A stretch of 64,000 nt of DNA, taken from IMG/VR virus record IMGVR_UViG_3300049001_000029, positions 5,152 through 69,151 of that record. One strand, 5' to 3'. This DNA is from a virus. Position numbers and translations under genes: made by a program. Shown piece after piece: positions 44,566 through 52,998 of the stretch; the stretch's first letter is position 1; each line of letters opens with the position of its first letter. A model generated the notes under the pieces. That model made no database searches and was not told the DNA's origin. It was given only the letters and a program-made list of their open reading frames with translations.

Positions 44566-45651
44566 ATGACCGAGCTTGCCGACATCGCTAAGAAGTTGGG
44601 CATGCGTGTGAGTGCTACTGCGAAACCGAAACCTGCGGAGCAGGCGCCGGCGGTGAAGTCGAAGGCGATCCGCCCTGAGGACATCACGGAGATGGTGGGT
44701 CAGGACAAGGTGCGGGTGCAGATGATGCTCGAAGCACAGGCAGCGATGACGGAGCGCGAGGAGGGCAGCGAGACCGCGATGCCGCCTCACACGTTGCTGT
44801 CCGGTCCGCGTGGTACCGGTAAGACGACGCTAGCCAAGATCACAGCGTCGCTGATCGGTGGCCGGCTGGTTGAGACCACCGCATCGGCTGTGTCCGAGGT
44901 GAAGGTGTTGGCCCGCAAGCTGGGCACGCTTGAGGACAACGACGTCCTGTTCATCGACGAAATCCACGGTCTGCCACGGACAGCCCAGGAGCTGCTGTAC
45001 ACGGCGATGGAAGACGGCGTGATCTCGGTCAAGGCCGGTGAGGGTGCCGACGTCAAGACCATCAACGTCCAGTTGAAGCGGTTCGTACTGGTCGGTGCAA
45101 CCACGATCCTTGGTAAGCTGGAAGGTCCGATGGTGTCCCGGTTCGGCCTGGTCGGGAAACTCACCTACTACCGCGACGACGAGCTGCTGACCATCATCAC
45201 GCGAGCCGCTGAAAAGCGCCGTACCAAGATCGACGACGACGCTGCTAGCGCACTGGCGGTCAGGTCGAAAGGTACGCCCAGAATCGCTCTGAGCCTGCTG
45301 GCCAAGTGCCGTGCGTACGTCATCGGGATGAACCGCACCAGCGACGTACCGATCACGCTGCCCGATGTGGACTCGACGCTAGCGCTGCACGGTGTCGACG
45401 AGCTCGGCCTGGAATCCGATGAGCGCGCCGTACTCGATGCGTTGTGTTCGCCTGTGAATGCTGGCCGGCCGATGGGTGTGAAGAACGTCGCGGCGGTGAC
45501 CGGGATGGATGAGTCGACGGTGGAGCAGATCGAGCCGCTGTTGCTGCGGCTTGCGCTGATGGTTCGCACGAGTCGTGGTCGCAAGGCGACGAAGAGCGGC
45601 TACGTGCACATGAAGCTGGAGCCGCCGGTGGATGCTGGTATCGAGATGTAA
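44566..45651 (+). CDS. ruvB: RuvB-like Holliday junction branch-migration ATPase
   Basis: IRP...VGQ, LLSGPRGTGKTTLA, LFIDEIH, LYTAMED, LVGATT, SRFG, GTPRIA, RTSRGR; alternative start 44440. Confidence 0.9.
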   Translation: MTELADIAKKLGMRVSATAKPKPAEQAPAVKSKAIRPEDITEMVGQDKVRVQMMLEAQAAMTEREEGSETAMPPHTLLSGPRGTGKTTLAKITASLIGGRLVETTASAVSEVKVLARKLGTLEDNDVLFIDEIHGLPRTAQELLYTAMEDGVISVKAGEGADVKTINVQLKRFVLVGATTILGKLEGPMVSRFGLVGKLTYYRDDELLTIITRAAEKRRTKIDDDAASALAVRSKGTPRIALSLLAKCRAYVIGMNRTSDVPITLPDVDSTLALHGVDELGLESDERAVLDALCSPVNAGRPMGVKNVAAVTGMDESTVEQIEPLLLRLALMVRTSRGRKATKSGYVHMKLEPPVDAGIEM

Positions 45652-45653
45652 GC

Positions 45654-45690
45654 GAGAACCCGCCCAGTGCCAAACTGGGCGGGTTCTTCT
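45654..45690 (+). terminator. Intrinsic terminator after ruvB
   Basis: AGAACCCGCCCAGT-N5-ACTGGGCGGGTTCT then TCT. Confidence 0.75.
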
Positions 45691-45699
45691 CTTGTCAGG

Positions 45700-45741
45700 G
45701 TGTAGACGTCTTCGCTACTGGGGTGTATCGTCCTTCATATG
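45700..45741 (+). promoter_or_regulatory. Repeated leaderless promoter/operator, copy 4
   Basis: TAGACG-N17-TATCGT-N7-ATG. Confidence 0.75.
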
Positions 45742-45960
45742 ACGAAGAATGAGATCGCAGCCGAGTTCATCACTATGGTTAACGATACACTCTTCATTAC
45801 TCACGACTGGGAGATCAGCGTAGAGACTCACTTCGGTGAATGGATGGTCGCGGACCGTGGCAAAAACGTGACACTGTTCAGCGATCTAGACGAAGCTCTC
45901 CTCTGGGCGATCAAGTTCCACAACGGTGAAGCGCGAGTCCGCAACGGTCGTCCCTGCTGA
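45739..45960 (+). CDS. Hypothetical protein (leaderless)
   Basis: Starts at ATG of copy 4; followed by AACAACCCC...GGGGTTGTT hairpin. Confidence 0.65.
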   Translation: MTKNEIAAEFITMVNDTLFITHDWEISVETHFGEWMVADRGKNVTLFSDLDEALLWAIKFHNGEARVRNGRPC

Positions 45961-46007
45961 AGCGACTACAAGGCAACAACCCCCGACATGGTGTATCGGG
46001 GGTTGTT

Positions 46008-46331
46008 CTATGTCTTGGCGCCCTTCTTCTGGTTGCACGGTAGGCACAGGATCGTCAGGTTGCTGGGTTCGTGCATGAGGTGCGGCGCAACCGAACGCGG
46101 CACGATGTGATCGAGGCTGAGCCGTCCTGGTTCGACGGCGTGTGCGTCTCGTTGGTAGCCGGGACACCACCAGCCGTGCTGTGCAACCCAGGTGTCGATG
46201 AGTGTGCGGCGTAGTCGGTCGTGTGTGCGGTCGAGGCCGCGTTTGTGCCGGCTGGGCTGTTGTGGTGCGCATGCTCGGCAGCGGGTTTGGGTCGTAGGCT
46301 GGCCGCATTTTAGGCAGGGTTTGTTTGCCAT
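46008..46331 (-). CDS. HNH endonuclease (terminase-associated type)
   Basis: KPCLKCG...RCRAC, SLDHIVP...NLTILCLPCNQKKG. Confidence 0.85.
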   Translation of the reverse strand: MANKPCLKCGQPTTQTRCRACAPQQPSRHKRGLDRTHDRLRRTLIDTWVAQHGWWCPGYQRDAHAVEPGRLSLDHIVPRSVAPHLMHEPSNLTILCLPCNQKKGAKT

Positions 46332-46333
46332 GG

Positions 46334-46375
46334 GTGTAGACACCTTCACATGACTGGTGTAGTGTCCTTCACATG
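46334..46375 (+). promoter_or_regulatory. Repeated leaderless promoter/operator, copy 5
   Basis: TAGACA-N17-TAGTGT-N7-ATG; abuts the HNH start codon on the other strand. Confidence 0.8.
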
Positions 46376-46525
46376 ACATACGGACTGTGCGAGATCGGAA
46401 TGGAACGCTACTGTGAAATCTGGGGCGAGAAGGCCATCAACCCCTACATCGCGGAGATCGACGGTGAAGAGGTCGAGCAAGTTATCTGCTCACGCTGCTA
46501 CGACGAACTGTGCAACGACATCTGA
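46373..46525 (+). CDS. Small acidic Cys-rich protein (50 aa, leaderless)
   Basis: MTYGLCEIG...NPYIAEIDG...ICSRCYDELCNDI*. Confidence 0.6.
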   Translation: MTYGLCEIGMERYCEIWGEKAINPYIAEIDGEEVEQVICSRCYDELCNDI

Positions 46526-46608
46526 CCGAGCGTTCTGCATCGCACATCTCTACTTCGACCTGAGGTGTGCGGTGCAATCCACTCGATCACCCGCCAAGGA
46601 GAAACGTC

Positions 46609-47403
46609 ATGCTCAATGCCACATGGACCGGCACGATCAGTTTCGGCCTGGTGTCAATCCCCGTCAAACTGTTCGCCGCCACCGAAGATCACGGCGTTGA
46701 GCTGCACCGTAGCCACGAGACATGCATGGTCGGTGAATACGGCGACGCTGCTCACCGCGTGAGCCAGCGCATGGTGTGCAAGGACTGCGAAGAGGTTGTA
46801 CCGTACAGCGACCTGGGCAGTGTGTTCGAGGACAGCGACGGAACCACCGTGCCCCTGACCAAGGCCGAGCTCGACGGCCTGCCGAACACCAAGACCAAGA
46901 CCATCGACCTGTGCGAGTTCGTTGACCCTGACGAGATCAATCCGCTCCGGTTGGGCAAGCCCTACTACGTGCGACCCAACCTCGGAACATTCAAGTCGCC
47001 GAAGGCGAACCCCTCGTACGAGCTGTTCGTGCGCACCCTACAGCAGACCGGTAAGGCTGCGATCGGCTCGCTGGTGATGCGGTCACGAGAGAACCTGGTG
47101 GCCATCACCGTGCATGACGGCATGCTGGTGGCCCGTGTGGTCTTGTGGGCCGACGAGCTCCGTGTGCCGGAGTTCAGTGAGCCCACCGTGCCGGCGACAA
47201 GCGTGACCGAGGCTGAGGTGGCGATGGCGGTGAACCTGGTCGACGCGATGACCGTCAAATGGGATGTGACGGCGCATGTGGACCGCCGGGACGTGGCGTT
47301 GCGGGACCTGATCACCTCGAAGCAGGCACCGGTGGTGGCGTCGCGGCCTGACGCCCAGATCATCGACCTGTTTGCGCGGGTCAACGCGTCTGTAGCGGGG
47401 TGA
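46609..47403 (+). CDS. ku: Ku protein (NHEJ DNA end-binding)
   Basis: WTGTISFGLVSIPVKLFAATE, IDLCEFVD, KPYYV.P, LVMRSRE, WADELR; AAGGAG RBS. Confidence 0.92.
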   Translation: MLNATWTGTISFGLVSIPVKLFAATEDHGVELHRSHETCMVGEYGDAAHRVSQRMVCKDCEEVVPYSDLGSVFEDSDGTTVPLTKAELDGLPNTKTKTIDLCEFVDPDEINPLRLGKPYYVRPNLGTFKSPKANPSYELFVRTLQQTGKAAIGSLVMRSRENLVAITVHDGMLVARVVLWADELRVPEFSEPTVPATSVTEAEVAMAVNLVDAMTVKWDVTAHVDRRDVALRDLITSKQAPVVASRPDAQIIDLFARVNASVAG

Positions 47404-47420
47404 GGTATATGCTACTTCAC

Positions 47421-47684
47421 ATGCCACGCCACCAGGATGACGCTGAGCGCCGTGACGCCCTGATCGCCGCACTAAACGCCGCGCAAGGCGAAGTCATTAC
47501 CACGAGAAACGCACTCGCAAAGGCGATGACTGAACGGAAAACGATCGTGCAAGAGTTGTTCAGACTCTACGATCCGGCGCCGATCAGAGCGATGGAAGAG
47601 GCCACCCAGATGGACAAGGGCCGGTTGTATCAGATCCGGGATAACCGGCACGGCAACGAAGGTAGCCGTCGCCGTGCCGGTTGA
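47421..47684 (+). CDS. Small HTH DNA-binding protein, paralog of 43415-43687 (leaderless)
   Basis: ERKTIVQELF...APIRAMEEATQMDKGRLYQIRD; TATGCT-N7-ATG. Confidence 0.65.
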   Translation: MPRHQDDAERRDALIAALNAAQGEVITTRNALAKAMTERKTIVQELFRLYDPAPIRAMEEATQMDKGRLYQIRDNRHGNEGSRRRAG

Positions 47685-47688
47685 ACCC

Positions 47689-48654
47689 CTAGTGACCGTG
47701 TACGTGCGGTGGTGTGTTGCTCGCGGTGAAGCCTTTCGCGGTCAGCCACATCTGTAGCGCGGCCGCGAGCTTGGCATCGTCGGTGTCGATGTCCGGTCCA
47801 GGCGGCACCGGGGGTACCGGGGGCGTGACGGTCGGGAACGGCGCGGAGGTTGACCCGGTCAGCGACTGAAAGTCAGCGTTGGCGGTCGCGGTGTCCAGCC
47901 CGGATGGTGTCTTGCCGGCCGCTTCCATCAGCTGAGGCAGGATCACCACCCAGGATTCATCGAAGTACTTGGCGAACGCGGCGTAGGTGACCTTCTGCAC
48001 GGCGCCCCAGGTGAGCACATAGATGTAGGTGGCGTCGTAGCCGATCAGCGGGATCGCGTGACCGCCCACGATCTGCCGACCCGATCGCCCGGTCGGGACA
48101 TTCCACGGCTGGCCAGCATCGAACTGCGTTTCAAACGCGGCCGGCACTTCGAGCGCGGCGTAGACGGCACCGAAGTAGCTGATGCTGGTCTTGACCAGGT
48201 CCAGGTTGGCGATGTCGATCTGCGCGTACGCGGCCGGCTTGTACCCGGCCAACCCGTTCTTGACCCACCACTGCAGTACCTGCCGCAGCTCGCATCCGGT
48301 GTCGTTTGCGCCGGTGGTGGGGTTGTAACCGGTGATCGCCTCATACGCGGCGAGGGTTTGCTTTGACGTGACCGGGGCGGGTGCGTTGAGTGCGTACCAA
48401 GCGACCTGGTCGACCATGTGCGCCGCGCTGGCAACGGTGCAGTCGCCGCAGCCTTCGTAGCCGGGTGCGATGGAGTTGTCGGGGCCGTTGGCTAGCATCC
48501 CCCAACTGGCGGCGGGAACCTGCGAGTACCAGTCCACTGCCACAGGCGGCGACAGAGCGGCACCCGACGCGCGCAGGTGCACACGCGGCTTTGAGGTGTC
48601 CTGCGGCAGCCGGCCGTAGCGCTTGGTGGGGGTTGGGCTAGCAAACAGCGCCAT
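47689..48654 (-). CDS. Papain-like (C1) cysteine peptidase
   Basis: VDWY, GCGDCTVA (Cys), GGHAIPLIGYD (His), LTWG. Confidence 0.8.
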   Translation of the reverse strand: MALFASPTPTKRYGRLPQDTSKPRVHLRASGAALSPPVAVDWYSQVPAASWGMLANGPDNSIAPGYEGCGDCTVASAAHMVDQVAWYALNAPAPVTSKQTLAAYEAITGYNPTTGANDTGCELRQVLQWWVKNGLAGYKPAAYAQIDIANLDLVKTSISYFGAVYAALEVPAAFETQFDAGQPWNVPTGRSGRQIVGGHAIPLIGYDATYIYVLTWGAVQKVTYAAFAKYFDESWVVILPQLMEAAGKTPSGLDTATANADFQSLTGSTSAPFPTVTPPVPPVPPGPDIDTDDAKLAAALQMWLTAKGFTASNTPPHVHGH

Positions 48655-48889
48655 CGAGTGTTCCTCCCGTTTCCGCGACTAGCATGAGCCACGCTCTGCG
48701 GTCTAAAAGTCGGTCAATGTCTATGCGGTAGCTAGCCACGTAGTCGACGTGGCTACCGGTGGGGATCGCGGCTATGCGTTTCGACAGCATGCGGATCACC
48801 GCGTCAACGGACTCCAGGCTGTCGACCGCGTAGTACTCGTTGCCGAGGTTGCATTTCATGGCGAACTGGGGGTCGGTGGTTCTGGACAC
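48638..48889 (-). CDS. Hypothetical protein
   Basis: GGAGG RBS; DIDRLLDRR motif. Confidence 0.55.
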   Translation of the reverse strand: MSRTTDPQFAMKCNLGNEYYAVDSLESVDAVIRMLSKRIAAIPTGSHVDYVASYRIDIDRLLDRRAWLMLVAETGGTLDGAVC

Positions 48890-48902
48890 GCACGACCTCC
48901 GC

Positions 48903-49556
48903 TCAGATGCGACAGCCGTTCGAGCCGGTCAGCGGCCCAACCGTCACAGGCTCACCGGCAGGCGGATTCAGAATGACAGTCGCTTTACCCGTGTAGGAGT
49001 TCATGCATTTGTCGGAGGAGGATTTGGAGAATCCTTGTCCCCCCACCCACAAGTCGAAATGCTTCCCGGACATCTTTGTGGCGCCGGAATCCTCCACAAT
49101 GAAGTAGCGCTTCACCTTGGCCACATAGATGCGTGTACCTTTTGCCGTCTCCATTCCGGAGCCGGAGTGGCCGGGTACCGCTGTGGTGATCGGGTCGGCG
49201 TACGTGCCTTGGCCGCCCGCGACCTTGTGGAGCACGCTGCAACACACAGTAGCGGATGATGGCGGTGTGTTGTCTTGGAAGGAGAAGCCCGTTATATCAG
49301 CCGTGATGGTTTGCGCTGTACCAGTGGGGATGGTTCCGCCGGTGACGGGTGCTCCCGCGTCCCCGGCGTCTGTGCTATCACCACTCGCAGCTCCGTTGGC
49401 ATCTGTCGACGTCTCGGAGGATTGGGATGAACTTGAGCCGTGGTGGTGATGTCTGTGGTGCGACGAGGCGAGCGCCGGTGAGGCGGCTACGAGCCCGGCA
49501 CAGGCGATGACGCCGACGAATGCGAGGACTTTGCGGGGGGATGGCAGGCACAGCAT
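48903..49556 (-). CDS. Secreted protein with 3D/double-psi-barrel-like domain
   Basis: Signal peptide, His/Ser linker, TGFSFQDNTP...GTYADPIT...GTRIYV...FIVEDSG...HFDLWVGG. Confidence 0.6.
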   Translation of the reverse strand: MLCLPSPRKVLAFVGVIACAGLVAASPALASSHHRHHHHGSSSSQSSETSTDANGAASGDSTDAGDAGAPVTGGTIPTGTAQTITADITGFSFQDNTPPSSATVCCSVLHKVAGGQGTYADPITTAVPGHSGSGMETAKGTRIYVAKVKRYFIVEDSGATKMSGKHFDLWVGGQGFSKSSSDKCMNSYTGKATVILNPPAGEPVTVGPLTGSNGCRI

Positions 49557-49625
49557 GGTGCACCGTCCAAAGAATCATGGTCTAGGGCTTGAGAAGTCAG
49601 ACAAAGTGCTGGTAGAGTACTTCTT

Positions 49626-49823
49626 ATGACGCAGACGACGCAGAGCGAAACCGCCGCCCCGACATACACGATTACCCGCGAGCGTGTTACCTGGATTCGT
49701 GACGGAAAACTTGGCAGGTCGCGTATCACGCACCCTGTTGTGTGGCTTGTTGCCGAAAATGGCAAGGACATCAAATACTTCGACACAAAGGGTGACGCAC
49801 AGGAGTGGATTAAGGCCCAGTAG
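49626..49823 (+). CDS. Hypothetical protein (leaderless)
   Basis: TTGAGA-N18-TAGAGT-N7-ATG. Confidence 0.6.
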   Translation: MTQTTQSETAAPTYTITRERVTWIRDGKLGRSRITHPVVWLVAENGKDIKYFDTKGDAQEWIKAQ

Positions 49824-49866
49824 TCATGACCATAGTCACTGGCCTGCCACACAATAGGGAGGTAGC

Positions 49867-50052
49867 GTGACAGAGCAACGGACATGCGCCAGGGTGGGAT
49901 GCGAGAAACCGCTCCCACCCGGCTCGGCTGTGCAACGCAAGTACTGCACCGGCCGGTGTCAACGAGCCGCTCACCGTGCTCTACACGAGCACTACGACAC
50001 GACAGACACCAGCACCGAAATGGAAACCGGCCGCTGGAGGGACGAGGGCTAA
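49867..50052 (+). CDS. Small zinc-finger protein
   Basis: CARVGCEKPL...RKYCTGRCQ; GGGAGG RBS. Confidence 0.6.
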   Translation: MTEQRTCARVGCEKPLPPGSAVQRKYCTGRCQRAAHRALHEHYDTTDTSTEMETGRWRDEG

Positions 50053-50068
50053 TGTCGGTTCACCTGAG

Positions 50069-50278
50069 CTAGGCGGCTGGCCACCACAGTTCAACGTCGG
50101 GCGCGCCGCCGACACCGAACCCGGTTGCCCGCCAGAACCGGTGGAAACACACGGTGCACTGGCACCACACATCACCGATGTCGTAGCCGATCATGTAGGC
50201 GCCGTGCGGGTCGTTGATGCCGCACTGCGGGCAGCTCGTCCACACCCGGCAACCAGGCTGCGCCGCGCTGTCCCTCAT
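50069..50278 (-). CDS. Small zinc-ribbon protein
   Basis: CPQC...CQCTVCFHRFW. Confidence 0.5.
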   Translation of the reverse strand: MRDSAAQPGCRVWTSCPQCGINDPHGAYMIGYDIGDVWCQCTVCFHRFWRATGFGVGGAPDVELWWPAA

Positions 50279-50487
50279 GACGCCAGGCTGAGTGGGGGAA
50301 TTACTCCCGTGGCCTGCAACATGGCCAGCGTTGCGGACTGCTCAGCGTCCAGCTGCGAGTAGAGAAGCCTGGTGGCTGCCTGCTCCCCCGCGAGAAGCTC
50401 CAACGGGTCATACAGGCCATCACACGCGTTAAGGACAGCGGCGAGCCGGGTCTGTTCGTGTGGGCCTAGGTCGAGCACGAACTCCAT
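50275..50487 (-). CDS. Hypothetical protein (DUF6400-like)
   Basis: FVLDL...LLAGE.AA.RLLYSQLDAEQ. Confidence 0.55.
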   Translation of the reverse strand: MEFVLDLGPHEQTRLAAVLNACDGLYDPLELLAGEQAATRLLYSQLDAEQSATLAMLQATGVIPPLSLAS

Positions 50488-50571
50488 GTCCGCTCCCGGG
50501 AAGTTGGAAGGCGGCAGCGAATGGAAACGGCCCTGGTCGTGAGAACAGGGCCGTTCACGCGTCGACCGGAG

Positions 50572-50904
50572 TCAGCTGGCCTGCTGGAATGCCTGCCACA
50601 CATTCGCGGGGACACGGCCCCGGTCGGCGACCTGGAGTCCGTGGGCCTTGGCCCATTCGCGGACCGCCTGGACGCGTTCCGGATCGTTGCGGTTGGTGGC
50701 CTTCACCAACGCAGTTTTGCTGCGACTGCCGGCGCGTCGGCCAGCGGTGATGTAGTCCTCAAGATTTTCCCGCAGCGCGAGAGCATGCTTGTCGGTCAGA
50801 TCGATCTCGTACTCTTTGCCGTCCAGGCCGAACCAGACGGTTTCCTGAGCTGGACTCTCACCGTCGAGGTCGTCAATGAGTTCGACCTGTACCTTCTGCG
50901 CCAT
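50572..50904 (-). CDS. lsr2: Lsr2 nucleoid-associated protein
   Basis: MAQKVQVELIDDLDG...FGLDGKEYEIDL...VREWAKAHG..VADRGRVP. Confidence 0.95.
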   Translation of the reverse strand: MAQKVQVELIDDLDGESPAQETVWFGLDGKEYEIDLTDKHALALRENLEDYITAGRRAGSRSKTALVKATNRNDPERVQAVREWAKAHGLQVADRGRVPANVWQAFQQAS

Positions 50905-51110
50905 TCTGATCTCCTGTTTGGTAAGGCGGGGGGCCTAGGAGACCAGAATAGCACTAAAGGAAAGGCCCCCGTTGTGGCTTGCACACCTAGGGCGGCGCGA
51001 TCCTGCCCCGCCCTAGGTGGCGCTCCCCATGCTCATGAACCGCAGTCACCGAAGGGGGACAGAAAGTCCAGGCTGACACAAGGTAGCGCGCAGACTCGCC
51101 AGTGCGCAAC

Positions 51111-51923
51111 TCACCCTTCCTCGGTCGGCATCTCAAACAGAATCGTCAATACGTCACCAACCGAGTACACAGGGTCACGAGGTCGGTGCGGCAATGGCGG
51201 ATACGCGGTGAGCTTCCCGTGCCGCGCCCATCCGCGCACCGTGCCGGCGGTGAGCGGTTTCTGTAACAAACCGGGCAACGCCCGCGACATCTCGGTTGCC
51301 GTCAACATCTGGCCTTCCACCTGATCAAGCAGCCATTTGCGGCGTTGCTGCACGTTGTACGGCTCGCACTCACAGTTGCGGCAGGCCACCGTGTCGGCCC
51401 TGGGATGCGCGTACAGGTCCGCACCGCACTCATCGCAGGGACCGACATACTGCAGCTGCATTGGCTTGTCCACGGCCCGCTGAGCCTGGATGACGGCGTA
51501 CCCGATCTCGTCGGCTAGGTCGCCAGCTCCCTCGTCACGTTGGATTTGACGCAGGCAGTCAAGAAGAAACTCAGCGTAGTGATACGCGGTTGTGTCATCG
51601 CTTCGCCACCACGCCGGTTCGCCCCGCTGGTTGGTGATGTGCCGCGCCCATGTCCTCAGCGTTTGGTACAGGTCGCGTTTGGCTTCCATCGGCCCGAGCT
51701 TCAACGGCAGCGGGTGATCATCCGTTTTCCGCCCGCTGTGATCGAAGAGCCGGTCCTGTTTGGAGATGGTGATGTCGAGGTCTTGCAGCAGGTCGGGAAC
51801 TGCTTCGAGGTCACGCTGAAGTGTGACGACGCAGGTGGTGCACAAGTAGCCGTTGGGCGACGGGTGGTTGCACCGTGGCGCACAACAGATCGGGGTTGTC
51901 GTCAACGCTACCTCCGTGGTCAT
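51111..51923 (-). CDS. Conserved actinophage zinc-finger/HTH protein
   Basis: LCTTC, GPCDECGADLYA...CRNC, C-terminal TVRGWARHGKL...YSVGDV. Confidence 0.65.
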   Translation of the reverse strand: MTTEVALTTTPICCAPRCNHPSPNGYLCTTCVVTLQRDLEAVPDLLQDLDITISKQDRLFDHSGRKTDDHPLPLKLGPMEAKRDLYQTLRTWARHITNQRGEPAWWRSDDTTAYHYAEFLLDCLRQIQRDEGAGDLADEIGYAVIQAQRAVDKPMQLQYVGPCDECGADLYAHPRADTVACRNCECEPYNVQQRRKWLLDQVEGQMLTATEMSRALPGLLQKPLTAGTVRGWARHGKLTAYPPLPHRPRDPVYSVGDVLTILFEMPTEEG

Positions 51924-52017
51924 TACAGTCCGTAGTGACCGGAGGTTTCCCCGAGGCTTCCCGGTTGGTGGGTGGGCCGTCCCGCGCTCCCGGCTTAGGT
52001 GCCGGGACGGCACACGA

Positions 52018-52302
52018 TCAGTCCCCTCGGTACTTCTTCAGAGCTTCCTTCACAGCGTCCTCGCCGGAGTCACGCGAGTCCCACCACTCGACGGCTTTCC
52101 AAACATCGGCGAGGCGTTTCACCCGAACCTCTACGCGCACCTGGAACTGGCGAAGCAACAGGATTAGCTCTTCCGTCTCGGCGGCGGCGTCCCGCGCGTA
52201 GCCAAGACCCGCGAGCCGGTCAGCCATGTTGCGCAGCTCGGGGTTGTGAAGCAGATCGTCAATGTCTTTTGCGAACAGGTACTCGTAGCTCCCGCCGCTC
52301 AT
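52018..52302 (-). CDS. Hypothetical protein
   Basis: MSGGSYEYL start motif; ATGA coupling. Confidence 0.6.
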   Translation of the reverse strand: MSGGSYEYLFAKDIDDLLHNPELRNMADRLAGLGYARDAAAETEELILLLRQFQVRVEVRVKRLADVWKAVEWWDSRDSGEDAVKEALKKYRGD

Positions 52303-52565
52303 GCGTTCCTCTTCTCCGTGCGCAGCATCCGGTCGTGGGCTCGCTCGGCAGGTTCAATCGCCCGGGTCGGCCACGCCCACCACCTCGCCCGGAACGCGCG
52401 CCGTAGATGCTTCCGCTCGGCGCCCTCATCCCCGCGCACCCTGGCGTTGACCGCCGCTGTGCGCTTCGACCAGTACGTGTACAGCAACATGTATTGGATT
52501 GCGGCCAGAAGTGCGAGTACAAAAATGACTAGTGCAACAATGAACAGTAAGTCAACCACACTCAT
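52299..52565 (-). CDS. Membrane protein
   Basis: N-terminal TM. Confidence 0.5.
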   Translation of the reverse strand: MSVVDLLFIVALVIFVLALLAAIQYMLLYTYWSKRTAAVNARVRGDEGAERKHLRRAFRARWWAWPTRAIEPAERAHDRMLRTEKRNA

Positions 52566-52978
52566 GCGTTCTCTTCCTCCATGTTCCGTCGGGTGTGCGC
52601 GTACTCCAGCTTGGCTACACGCCGGCCAAGCTCGTGGATCGCCCTATACGCACTAGCCTCATGCGCAAGCGCAATCTCACGCACCCGTTCCTCGGTCAAG
52701 GGCGCGTCGGACTCCACGCCGTCGAGCCGCTCAATGGCTTTTAGTCGGGCCAATTCAGCACCCCGCCGGTCGTCCTCGGTCGGTGAAGGTCCATAGAGCA
52801 TATCCAGCACCACGTGGGAGACCAAGCGCAACAAGTCCACACCGTCTAGCCAGATCGGCCCTTGATTTCCGATACGGACGGCCACCTCGTAGTTGTGACT
52901 CGGCTCGACCTTGAACTTGCGGCCGTCGTCGTACCGTCCCGGCAGCGTGCAGTCCGCGAATGGGTCGTCAAACGTCAC
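52562..52978 (-). CDS. Hypothetical protein
   Basis: GAAGGAG RBS before GTG. Confidence 0.5.
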   Translation of the reverse strand: MTFDDPFADCTLPGRYDDGRKFKVEPSHNYEVAVRIGNQGPIWLDGVDLLRLVSHVVLDMLYGPSPTEDDRRGAELARLKAIERLDGVESDAPLTEERVREIALAHEASAYRAIHELGRRVAKLEYAHTRRNMEEENA

Positions 52979-52998
52979 AGCGTCTCCTTCGTCGTTGC

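Noticed and set aside
43078-46375. Five ~42-bp repeats as a CRISPR array or integron attC sites
   Set aside because: Spacing is irregular (0.3-1.5 kb), intervals are genes, repeats have -35/-10/ATG geometry, and no cas1/cas2 or integron integrase is present
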